DNA of 63,104 nucleotides, counting the filler, from Globobulimina sp. (taxonomy: Eukaryota): assembly GCA_003354225.1 (NCBI GenBank). It is 15 parts of 15 records of this genome, joined end to end, with 100 filler letters (N's around TTAATTAATTAA, not from the genome) between each part and the next. Parts side by side here need not be neighbours in the genome. Positions count along the whole stretch, not along the records: positions 46,369 to 50,478 come from PIVH01001598.1; positions 50,579 to 54,688 come from PIVH01001599.1; positions 54,789 to 58,896 come from PIVH01001600.1; positions 58,997 to 63,104 come from PIVH01001601.1; 11 more parts are not named here. The stretch is one strand, 5' to 3'. Below, piece after piece: positions 48,990-60,479 of this stretch. Below the pieces are notes generated by a model. The model made no database searches and was not told the DNA's origin. It saw nothing but the letters and a program-made list of their open reading frames with translations. The position numbers and the translations under genes were made by a program. Position 1 is the first letter of the stretch. Each line of letters begins with the position of its first letter.

Positions 48990-50478
48990 ATGCATCCACA
49001 ATCGATCAATGTCAACGTATGTAAATCTGACACAACACATTTTTTTTTCATCTATTTTTTTTGCAAATAATCTTTAACATTCACATTCATTCCATTTATA
49101 TCCCAAAACGCGCTCTAACAAACAAAAAAAAGTAAAACTTACCTTTGTACTGCGCACATTTAAAATTTCCAAACGAATGTACAAAACGGTAAACAAGCAT
49201 AATAGCAAACAGTTTAGCCAAAAGGGTGTACGTGAACCGACACAAATAAAAATCCAAATTTTCACAGTAAAAAAATAACTGACACTCATCGCATACCACA
49301 CAGCCAACGCAGTTGCAACAAATCCTGCAATTGCAACAACTCCAACGTCAACAGGCACAATTTCAACAACAACAACAACAAAACAATCGGCAACAAATCC
49401 AAATATTCGCCTCGCCACCCAATACAAACCACGTTAATAACAACAACAACGCGCCAAATACGAGCAATGCAGCCACCTTATTCCAGGTCAACGGCGCCGG
49501 CAACGAGGAGAACCCAGCAAATAATAATGGTCACAACACCAACACTGCCACAAACGGTATACAGTTCCAACCGTTACAAATCCTTCAGATGGCTCAAGGC
49601 AACAACAACAATGCAAATAGCACGCCCAACAACGCAGTAAACAGCAGAAATAGCACACCGATCTCCTTCACGACGGGTATCCCCAACTTCAACGCGAACA
49701 GAATAGCTTTGATCCATCAACTACGACAACGACAACAGGCGCAGCAACAAAGCATCACACAACAAGGACTTGCCGCTGCGATGGGCCAAGCGCACCTAAA
49801 CGCAAATCATGCACAAGCGGCACAACAGGCCAATGGCGGCGGCGGTGGCGGTGCCAATGGCAATGTGAACGTCGGCGCAGCGAACAGCGGCGGGCAGTTT
49901 CGTCAGAGCATCCAGCAGCAAATGGTGACCTTCATCCAGCAATTGCAGCAATTCCCGCCGTTGTTCCAGCATTTGCAGAATAACCCTCATGTGTTGGCGC
50001 AGCTATTGCAGCAATTTAAGTGGAAGCAGGAGCAGAATGCGCGGGACATGCAGCAGAGACTGAGTCTGTCGAATAATATGCAGGTGCCGCTGTCGCAGGG
50101 CAACATAGCCAACGTAGGGGGTTTGATTCGCAGTTTTGCAGCGCGACAGTTACATAATAACAACCAGAGCAATATGTTAAACGTAGCGCATACTCCCATC
50201 GCTATTCAGCCTCCAAACACGAGCAATAATACGGGCTTATTGCCAGCGTTGGAGAATGAACATAGCAAATCTTTAGACAATCAGCAGAATAACAACAGCC
50301 ACAACAAGAGTGCGGACGACGTGATCATTTTGAACGATGCAGAGCTAAATGAGGAGAATAATAATAATGTAAACAGTGCGAATGCAAACAATTCAAATTC
50401 ATCAAATATATCCATACCGCCTTTATTAAACGCGACTGGTGCGGCGGGCGCCGGTGCTGTGAGTCAATTAGATTTCAG
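48990..50478 (+). CDS. Q/N-rich low-complexity protein, 3'-partial
   Basis: A 27-nt first exon (ATG 48990) and intron 49017-49303 join the 405-aa Q/N/A-rich ORF in frame. Confidence 0.7.
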
Positions 50479-50578
50479 NNNNNNNNNNNNNNNNNNNNNN
50501 NNNNNNNNNNNNNNNNNNNNNNTTAATTAATTAANNNNNNNNNNNNNNNNNNNNNNNNNNNNNNNNNNNNNNNNNNNN

Positions 50579-50858
50579 TTTAGATCTTTTTCAAATTGAA
50601 TTATTTTTAAAGGACACCTTTCATAATAGTTCGAATAAGATGAGGCCCTTGGCCGAATTATTGTCCACCAAAACTGACGGCAATCCGTTTTTTCTTAACG
50701 AGTTTTTAACTGCGCTATATGCAAACGAATTGGTAATCTTTAATACTCAAGATGGTGTTTGGCAATGGAATTTAGATCAAATTCAATCTCAAACAATTAC
50801 CGAGAATGTAGCTGAATTATTGTCTCACAAAATTTGTATATTTGCTTTTTCTTTGTAA
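50579..50858 (+). CDS. Fragment of a bacterial-type COG3899 AAA ATPase (as in Ser/Thr kinase-ATPase-sensor kinase hybrids)
   Basis: LAELLSTKTDGNPFFLNEFLTALY..L..FN...GVWQWNLDQI....ITENVAELL..K. Confidence 0.8.
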
Positions 50859-51183
50859 CTGTTTTTGTTTTTGGCCACGTCATTTTATTTGGTGTGCTTT
50901 TAATTTGCTTTCATGTATTTTTAAATTTCCTTTTTAATTTATTAGTTATATTTTTATGTTTATTTATATATTTATTTATAAATTTTCTTTTCTCTCAACT
51001 TACTTATTTTGTTTGCTTTGATCAATTTTATTATGATATATACCAATTTTTGCTCTTTTTATATCCTTTTCTTTTTCTTTTTGATTGTTTGGATTTCTCT
51101 GTTTCTGATTTTGGCAAATCTTGTTTCTGGATATTTTATTTTGATTTGTATCATTTTCTTTTTTCTTACTTTAATTTATTGTG

Positions 51184-54100
51184 ATGATGAACGATAATAA
51201 CACACAGCGTCTATATAACGACACCAACCCGGCAATTATTAGTAGTCATGACATTATTGGTCATATTTCGCATTATTAGAGTTATTTTGATCAATCTGTA
51301 TCTTTGTTATCTTTGAATATCAATGGCCTGTTTTCACGGACAGGAAATGGCGAATTTAACACAGAAAAATTGGATGTTTTAACTGATATCATTATGGAGT
51401 TGGAACCGACTTTTGTTATATTGCAGGAAGTTTGTATCCATTATAAGGTCGATATACATCCTCCAGATATTGATGGTTACTTTAATAAAATAAATGAGGT
51501 GCCAATGTATGATCAGATGTTAAAGACTGTTATTTATGTACAAAATGAGTTGCGTGAATATGTAGATATCGTTCGAATTGATACAGTGACACAAGAACGT
51601 ATCATCCGTGATTTTGTTGATCCAACTACCTTAATTAAGGCAAATGGGCACTATTCTACGTGGATTGTGATACATCCTGGACCCGATACAATATATAGAC
51701 AATCAATTTTGTTAAGCGCTTATTATCGCTCTCCGAATCGTGATCTGACAGTTCCTGATCTGAAACTATTTAAATATTTCATGGATTATATTATTCTGCA
51801 CTATAAACAGAAGCGATGGATTAATGAGGCTTTGCAGCAAACAAATAATAGAATTAATTTGATTATTATTGGTGGTGATTTTAATCTGCATAATGAATTA
51901 TATTCGCGTTTGGATTATGCGAGTTATAACAAACAAGATCGATCAGAGTTTGTATGGTTAGATAGCATCATTGACAAGAAACGTATATCCGTTGTTAATA
52001 CGAAACGAATTGCGACACATTATCGAGGCAATGTATTGGATCTTCATTTGATTTCTGATAAACTGCTGCAAAATCATGATAATTATGTGATAAAATATGA
52101 TGATTCTCAACGGATTCGTTTCTCTGACCATTATTTTTTGTTTACAATTATGCATTTGCCTTTTCATGAAGCTTCATTTAAATGCCATCAGAATCCATAT
52201 TATAATGTTGCAAATATGCATTATCGTTTTAGTTGCCCTAAAACGCTTTATTTGTATCAGATGTATACAGTGAAACAATTACGCGAATTACAACAACGCA
52301 TTGAGGTATTAACCGATTATAAACATGATGTTATTGACAATATTGCGCATGATTTTTATTGCATTATTCATCATAATGCGGCTCGATATATTGGCAAAGC
52401 ACATAACCATAAATATCAACATCGACAGGTTTGGTGTACCAATGCTATCATTGATATGAGTGCTAATTTGAGACAGATCAAACGAGAGTGGCTTTCTTGT
52501 AATGATAATACGCAACGCGCTGCCAAACATTTGCTGTATAAACGTTGCAAAAACCGATTGAAAGCTTCCTGTATTAAAGCAAAGAAGTTGTATTTACAGC
52601 GAAATATGGATTTAACTATTGATGGTACGCGAGATATATATAAATCTATGAGGTATCTGCGCAAAATTAGTTCAGTTGCGCGCCGAAAGAAATATGTTCA
52701 GTAGTCATACCAAAGCAAATTTGTTTGCTCGTAAATTCTGTTACCGTTATCTGAAGGAAGTACCCTATCAACCATTGGAACGTTTGCGTTTCAAACATAT
52801 TCCATTCTGTGATAATATCTATAAATGCACGCATGTAATGCAAACTATCTCTGATGATATCTTGGAAGCGAATACAGTGACTAATCCTCGTTTGTTTCCT
52901 AATGATTCTACTCATAAAAATGCAAATGTTACCATAATACAGCCGATCTCTCGTCATTTAATCAAATTATACTACGAATAATGAATAAGCGGTGTAATCA
53001 CGGTATTGGTCTGCATATACAGTTGTTACTGTATCTTAATCCGTACATTGTTGATTTTTTGTATATATATTTGAATCTGTTCTATCGCTCTGGATACTTA
53101 CCACGGATACATAAAATTACGTATATTACACCAATAGCGAAGCCACGGCGTGATCCGCATTATATTGATAACTATAGAGAGATCTCTCTGAATGGATGTA
53201 TTAAAAAGATGTATGAGATGTGCTTATTGTATAAAGGTATCGAATTTGTGATAAATTGTGACTCGATACACCCCAATAATACTACTAATATGAAGGGGAA
53301 ATCGACGCGGGACATAGTTGCATTATTAATAAACGACATTGATGTTGGTTGGAATAAACAGATCCCGACATATGCAATTTTCTCTGATATTTCGCAAGAT
53401 TTCCCGTCGCTTTGTTATGATATTTTGGTGCAACGTCTGCATCGTTATTATGGATTTCCTATGAAATATATACAAGCTATTTATGATTTGTTTGTCAATT
53501 GCTGGTGTGCTGTCATTGTAAATGGAGTGAGATCGCATTGGATGCTGCAATTAATTGGCTTAGCACAAGGGCGCCCATTGAGCCCTTTCCTTAATATGCT
53601 TTATTTAGATCCTTTGTATTATGTGATACCGTCATATTTGCCCATAAAATTGTATATTTATGTCGATGATTTGGTGCTGTGGACGGTTTTGAAAGCTATA
53701 TTTGTTTATGATATTCAATATGGTTTGCAATATGCCATCGATAATATTATTAGATGGCTTCAACTGAATGGTATGTCTTTATCTGCGAAAAAGACGAAAT
53801 ATATCATCTTTCGCACCAATAACATGGATAAAAATTATCATATTCCCGTCCCACAGTTACATATCAATAATGTGGTTAAAACAGAGCCTGAGAAATATGT
53901 CAAATATGTTGGATATTATTTGACGTATAATTTATCCGCACGTACTCATATTAATCATATTGTACAGAACATCTTTTTGGATTACAGAGCAATGAAAAAT
54001 ATTCGTTATCGATTTCGGCGATTTCGTGTTAAAAAATTGTACCATTATATACACTCTGTAATATTATCCAAAATCGAATATCCGGTATTGCTGTTTGGCT

Positions 54101-54688
54101 GTATTTCCAATCAGAATGATATTAAACCACTGAAGCAAATGTATTATCGTGTTATAAAATTGCTGTATGGTGCATTAAATACGACGCCTTTGGACATTTT
54201 GTCCATTTTGACGTCTTTATTGACATTAAATTGATCCGTTTGTGGGTGAGTTTGTTGTATATTCATGATCGTAATATATTGTATACTCTAATTACCACAC
54301 AATGGATGCCAGTATGGAATGATTATATGTTATCCACAGTGAATATGCGTACACAGAAACCGAAGTTACTGTATATGAAGACTTATGATCGGAAGAATCC
54401 TTTGTTCCGCATCTTTTTATTGGCAATGAAGTACAAAGTATTGCGTTTAATTCATTATAATTGGCGTTTTATGATTAATTCGCATGGCCGTAAAATCAAA
54501 TATATCCCATCTTTTGTACCTAAGTGTGAGTATTTTGTGTTTGTTGATGGTTTATACACAGAGGAAGATACAATTAACCATTCTGATGTTACTTTGTATA
54601 CTTTTACCGATGGATCAATAGTTAATACAAACTGTGCAGGCATTGGTCTCTTAATTGAAATACATCAGATCCATCATCATGTTTTGAG
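51184..54688 (+). mobile_element. Degenerate non-LTR retrotransposon ORF2: APE endonuclease - RT - RNase H
   Basis: APE motifs NING, LQE, YRSP, GDFN, LD, SDH. RT motifs PIAKP, NYREISL, DISQDF, GLAQG.PLSP, YVDD, KYVG. RNase H motif FTDGS..AGIG. One in-frame TAG near 51277 and three frame changes (~52690, 52981, 54232). Confidence 0.92.
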
Positions 54689-54974
54689 NNNNNNNNNNNN
54701 NNNNNNNNNNNNNNNNNNNNNNNNNNNNNNNNTTAATTAATTAANNNNNNNNNNNNNNNNNNNNNNNNNNNNNNNNNNNNNNNNNNNNATCACATTCCTT
54801 ACAATAACCATCAGTTTGACATAAATGTTAAATGCCTGTGCATTGCGAGCATATTAACCGTTTCACAATATTGCATGGTTCCATGTTGCTTAATTAAATT
54901 GAAAAGATTTAGAGTTAATTTTTTGAGTGTTTTTTGGGTATTAGACTAGTAAAACCATCACTTTTTAAAATTAA

Positions 54975-57900
54975 TCAATGACATACAATATCATATTGAG
55001 TTTCTATCAACAATAATGATTTTTTATTATTATTCCATTTAATTTTCTTGTTATAAATAGTCAACTCATCTAACCGTAATTTACCGAATAAAACTTGAAT
55101 TCTATAGCAATAATTCTCTGTATCCACACAAATTAACGACGATGAACCTGTTAACAATAAAGGAACACATTCATTTTTATTCTTAAATGGTATTAAAGGC
55201 GATATTTGTAACCGATAAAAACTATTTCTTTTATCATATTTTTGCTGATTTAATGCCAAAATCAAACTATAACCTATCAATTGGCGATCATAATGAGAAG
55301 TACAGCCAGGTCTTGACGAAGGCGTGTTTGGCGGAACAACATTTTCAACTCCGCTGGTTACACAAGACAATGGGTTTTGAGCCGGAACTGTTGACTTTAA
55401 CCAGCAATATGGCTCTGTATTACTGAAACTTTGACACCCGGGGTAAGTATGCGGTGGTTGGTATGTCCAAGCCATACATCCATTTGTTTCACCACATAAA
55501 GACTCACATAACATATAATCCGCTCTACTTAATATATGCGGTGAACCTGGCATATCAGAGCCAGGCAAATCAATTCCAATCATAGTCGTATTATACACAT
55601 CAGCATAATAATGCGATAATATTCTGTAATCCCATTGGTCTTTGTATAAATCCGCATATTTATTTAAAATAGTTTCGAAATATGTGAATGCGGAATTTGT
55701 GTCATTCAATAAATACACATACAAAGAGCCAGAATTCAATGTAAAATCATCCCATTTATCTAAGTCTGTAAACTTACCGGAGTTACTAGAGCCATATGCG
55801 CAGTGATAGGAGAAATTGGACATATTTACATTAAATATGACACCATATTCATTATATGGCAAATAATTCCATTCATGTTCTCTTTGTAAATGTGATACAA
55901 ACATATTTTTCAATGTTGCATCCATTTCAATATCAATATCCAGCACAAATTTCCATAACAAACCATATAAAGTATCCCCTTGCAATGTATTCCTTGAATA
56001 CAAACTATTTGCACAATAAAATGAGATAAAATTACCATTGTCAGCATTCCATAAAAGTTGAGTTAAATTAGCCTTTGCATGTCCAATCTCAGCATTCAAT
56101 ATATTTGTCATATTAATATCATTTAGCGACTGCGACATTTCTTTCATAGCATACAAAGCCACAACATAAATGATTGAATTATAACTGTTCAAATCTCCAA
56201 TAACGCCATGTTCGTCAAATGTATTTACCATTTTATAAGGCAATGAATAGCCATTCTTGATGGCATTATTCATACTGTAAAATATGGCTTTTTTTGCAAA
56301 TGGATACGATTGTTTCATAAAAGCATCGCCGTTTTCTGCCCACTTCCAATTCATATAAATATCATAAATAAAAACAGGATTATCATCGCCTCGCGGGTCT
56401 CCATTCGGTGTATCCATTTTATACAATTTGCCTGGATTCGCGCAACTGCCACCAAAATTTTCTGACACCATGCCTTGTTCACCGAATATTCCATTGGATG
56501 GTAGCATTTGCTGCATATATAATGTAGTTAATATATTTTGATCTAACTCTGTAAAAAAAAGTTGATACGGCAACTTTCTATAATATCCGACATGCGGTGG
56601 TTCAATTTGATCACAATCAAAAGCTTCTAATTGTCTCCAACGACCATCAGCGAGATACATTGATGTACGAACTAAATATGATGCTGAATTGACATAGAAA
56701 TCTTTCAAATATTCTGGATACGCATTGTTATACATTAAGTTATGCCAATTTTTTGTATTATTTATTATTTCCGCAATGTTCTTTATAGTAAAACTATTTA
56801 CATCCTCTGAATCTTTGTATAAATTGCTGTAATACTGACCAATAAAACCGTTATCCCATGTTCTATATGGAAAGTAATATGAAAATGAATAAACTACACT
56901 AACGACCGAATTTGCTGCTACTTTAACGGCACCATTGCTTAATGCATATTGTGTTTTATTTGTAACTGCTTTCATATTTTGTTGTACATTTTGTGTAACA
57001 TTGCCATTTAAGAAAGAGTCCCACATTAAACGCAATGTATCATATTGGAAAGCTTTACCATTTAATTGCAGGCAATTGGCACTGGACAAACATTGATAAG
57101 TTGCCATTGTAATATTGCCACTTGAAATTGCAACGCCTTGTTTGTTGATTGTAAATCCATTTGTATTGTACGCTGATAATGTGTCAAAATGCATATTTTG
57201 ATCAGGGAAATTAAACACTAAATCAACAGTTATATCTTGCGCGCCATCATTGATTAAATCCATCACAAACAGTACGCCGGGAGTGCTATATTAGTATAAC
57301 ACACAAATTGCAAATATAATTATATAAATATGTAACAAACATACGTTGACATATTCATATTATGTGGTTTAAATGTTCCAAATGCAGTCAAATTCACATT
57401 GAATCTGTATTGTTGATCCCAAATGGTGTGATATGCGGATAAACGGGCGGTTGGATACGCGCCTTGATATTGTAAATTTTGTACTGCATAGTCTTGCATA
57501 TGGGCTTCCTTTTCTTGATTGGTTTCAAGTTGAGTCCTTAATATTTTTGCCGACGATTTGTCACTGTTTATCATAACACCAAACATCATCTCATTGAGAT
57601 CCATTTTATGCCAATTATTATCGGGCCATGCACCTGGGCCATTATTGTAAATCAATGAATCGGTAAAGCGGCCATCCGCTCTCATTTCAAAGATACCGCC
57701 ACCCATTGAACCAAATGGTACGGATGATCTCAGGCCTGAAGGTGGTGTTGAATAGGAACCATTTGGCTCTTTTTTAAATAACCAGCCTAACTCACCAACT
57801 TGAATATTATTATTATTATTTGGATCGTCCATATACATGTAACCCTCTTGGTAATTGGATGCAAGATTTACTATTTCAAACGACGAGCTCGAATCCACTG

Positions 57901-58003
57901 AACCATGATTATAAAAAACAAGTGAATCAATGGCAAGTGGAGATTCGCACAATACAGCATCGACAAATATTGTGAAACAAATTAACAGTGATGCCTGGCA
58001 CAT
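54975..58003 (-). CDS. Secreted GH116 (GBA2-like) beta-glucosidase/glucosylceramidase with an inserted PAN/apple domain
   Basis: Signal peptide at ATG 58003; SVPFGSMGGG, YQGAYP, WRQLEAFDC (nucleophile region), NTFD (acid/base region); one intron at about 57290-57343. Confidence 0.85.
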
Positions 58004-58056
58004 TGCGATTAACAAAGTAAGATTTTGGATACTAAAAAAACAACACTTTCTGTATA

Positions 58057-58464
58057 ATGGCACAAGAAGCAAAACCGTCACAATTTGATGCAAAGGATGT
58101 TGTTGAAACCGCCATCGCAGAAGGCCCAGTTGTGATGGTATGTAAGCTACACACATTTACATTATATTCACTTTAAATATTATATTATTGATTAAAGATT
58201 GCAAAGTCATTTTGTGGATATTGTAATCGTGCTTATGGAATCTTAGGAAAATATTATGGAGATGTAATCCGAAAAGATATTGATAGTGAATATAACGATG
58301 ATGAGGGAGAAGCAATTCAGGATTATTGTAAAGCGATAACCGGCGGGAGATCTGTTCCGAGAGTATTTATTAACGCCGTATTCATTGGCGGTTGTGATGA
58401 TACTGCAAAATTAGACTCACAAAAGAAATTAAAAGGTTTGATTGAAGCTGCTATAAGCAAATAA
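58057..58464 (+). CDS. Dithiol glutaredoxin (CGYC), 2 exons; absent from the supplied ORF track
   Basis: Intron 58138-58197 gives VVM-IAKSFCGYC...IQDY...TGGRSVPRVFI...IGGCDD. Confidence 0.93.
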
Positions 58465-59371
58465 ATTGAAATTGGCAGAGATAGATCAATGTCGTATTGA
58501 TCCATCTAGATGTCTTAAAATAATTCATTAACGACATCCTTGTTATGTTCGTTTTCGGACTTTTTCCGATTAAATTTAGAACTTTATATTGTATGCTCAG
58601 CGTTTTTTGTTTGAGTGCACGGAGTAAGGATTACGCAGCGTTTTGATGACTCAACGATACATTTTTTTCAATTATCTGAGAAACTGTTTTTTTCTTGGAT
58701 TTATATTGGGTTTGTTATAACTTTGTCTTGGGTTTGCAAATCTAGCACAAAATTATAACAAATGTATAATTGAATTTTCGGTATACAAATGGAAGGGCTT
58801 ATCTTGGAAATATCATTCAGTGTTATCACCTCACACAACAAAATTCAAATATTCGCAATCTATAAATGCTGTTCTATCGTTGTCATATGACGGTGTNNNN
58901 NNNNNNNNNNNNNNNNNNNNNNNNNNNNNNNNNNNNNNNNTTAATTAATTAANNNNNNNNNNNNNNNNNNNNNNNNNNNNNNNNNNNNNNNNNNNNAGAA
59001 TCACAATCATTCCAACATCACAACTCACTCTTTGAATTACAAGCAGATTGTTATCTCTACCAACAGCAAACTGCATTGGACATTTCACAAATTTACGTTG
59101 CCATTGTCAACTGACTAGAAAGATGTAAAAAATGCATTTTTCCAACCAAACATCAAAAAACTGTAACTACACACACTTGCGAACATTAACAAAATCGAAG
59201 AAAATTCTAGAAAATTCTTATTTTGATTTATTTTATCATTGCACTCACGCAAATTCGCAAAACATTTATGTTTAATTTTTTAAAATTTTAATTTTTTATC
59301 CTTACACTCGCTTTACGCAATATTTTTTAATTTTTGTTTTGCAATAACATATAGTACATCAAACACGTGGA

Positions 59372-60448
59372 ATGAAACGAAGTAAACCCGTTTGTTGGCT
59401 CAATAGTAGTGCACAACGTTTCAACGTTATACCTTGGCCTAGTGCTTTTTACACTTATATAACAAAAGAAAGGGATGCATTCGCAGTTACATTTAATTTA
59501 ATTGCTCAATTACGTGCAAAAAAAACTCAACCAATTTCAGCTGATCAATGTAACAAAGCTGCACAATATTTTATTGATTATGTTAACTATCAAAAAACAA
59601 AAATAATAACGGATAATATTAAAATATCCGATGAGAAATGGGACATTGGTATTGAGCAAGATGCTGAAGCATGCGTCGGTTATTTTTTGAACATGATCGC
59701 GGATTTAAAAGATGACAGAGCCATACCAGATGCTTTAACTGTTACTGCTGAAAATATTACGATCATTGACACAATGCAAAAATTTATTAGAAATAATTTT
59801 GCGTTTGCAACAAGCGATTGGTTAAATTGTGAAAAAAAACAAACTGGGCATGTTTGTAATACAGTTGCACAATATATGTTAACTCTTGATTTACCTGTTG
59901 ACAATTCAAGCTGTTCATTACAACAATTAATTGAAATGTATATAAAATCAGAGCCAGTAGATTTATTAGAGTGTGAACATTGCAAAGAAAATCATTCAGA
60001 TATTAAACAAACAAAATTTGCACAACTATCAGAAAAATATTTGATGATTCATTTAAAACGCTTCATCTTTGATGAGTCCGTTTCAATGCAAGGCATGAAG
60101 AAAAACAATGCAGTTGATTGTACAAAACATGTTGTTTTAAACTGTAATGATATATATACTGCGTACAAAGTTATATCTGTAGTTAATCATTATGGAAACA
60201 CTGTTCAGTATGGTCATTATTCCACTGACATAGCAACACCTAATGGTTTTGTAAATTGTAATGATGACCGAATTAAAAAGGTTTCACATTTTAATCCCAA
60301 AGCATGTTATGTTATTTTATTAGAAAAATTAAATAATCAACAAGGTTCTGTAGCTATTTCAAATTACATTTCTAATTTAAAACATTGTGGTAACCAGACT
60401 TCATCAGTAAACAAAAACAAAACAAATACTAAACCCAAATCAACACAA

Positions 60449-60479
<31 letters not shown>

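Noticed and set aside
50834-51197. Hydrophobic Phe/Leu-rich ORFs as LINE ORF1 or a membrane protein
   Set aside because: An artefact of T-rich low-complexity DNA; no zinc knuckle or RRM.
8435-54688. The two reverse transcriptases as retron, DGR, group II intron or defence RTs
   Set aside because: Their domain contexts (Gag knuckle + RNase H + YR; APE + RNase H) are those of eukaryotic retrotransposons. No ncRNA or TR/VR pair was seen.
4118-58996. Regularly spaced TTAATTAATTAA within N runs as a repeat array or CRISPR
   Set aside because: These are artificial six-frame-stop linkers. ORFs ending in X...LIN or X...N are truncated, and adjacency across linkers has no biological meaning.
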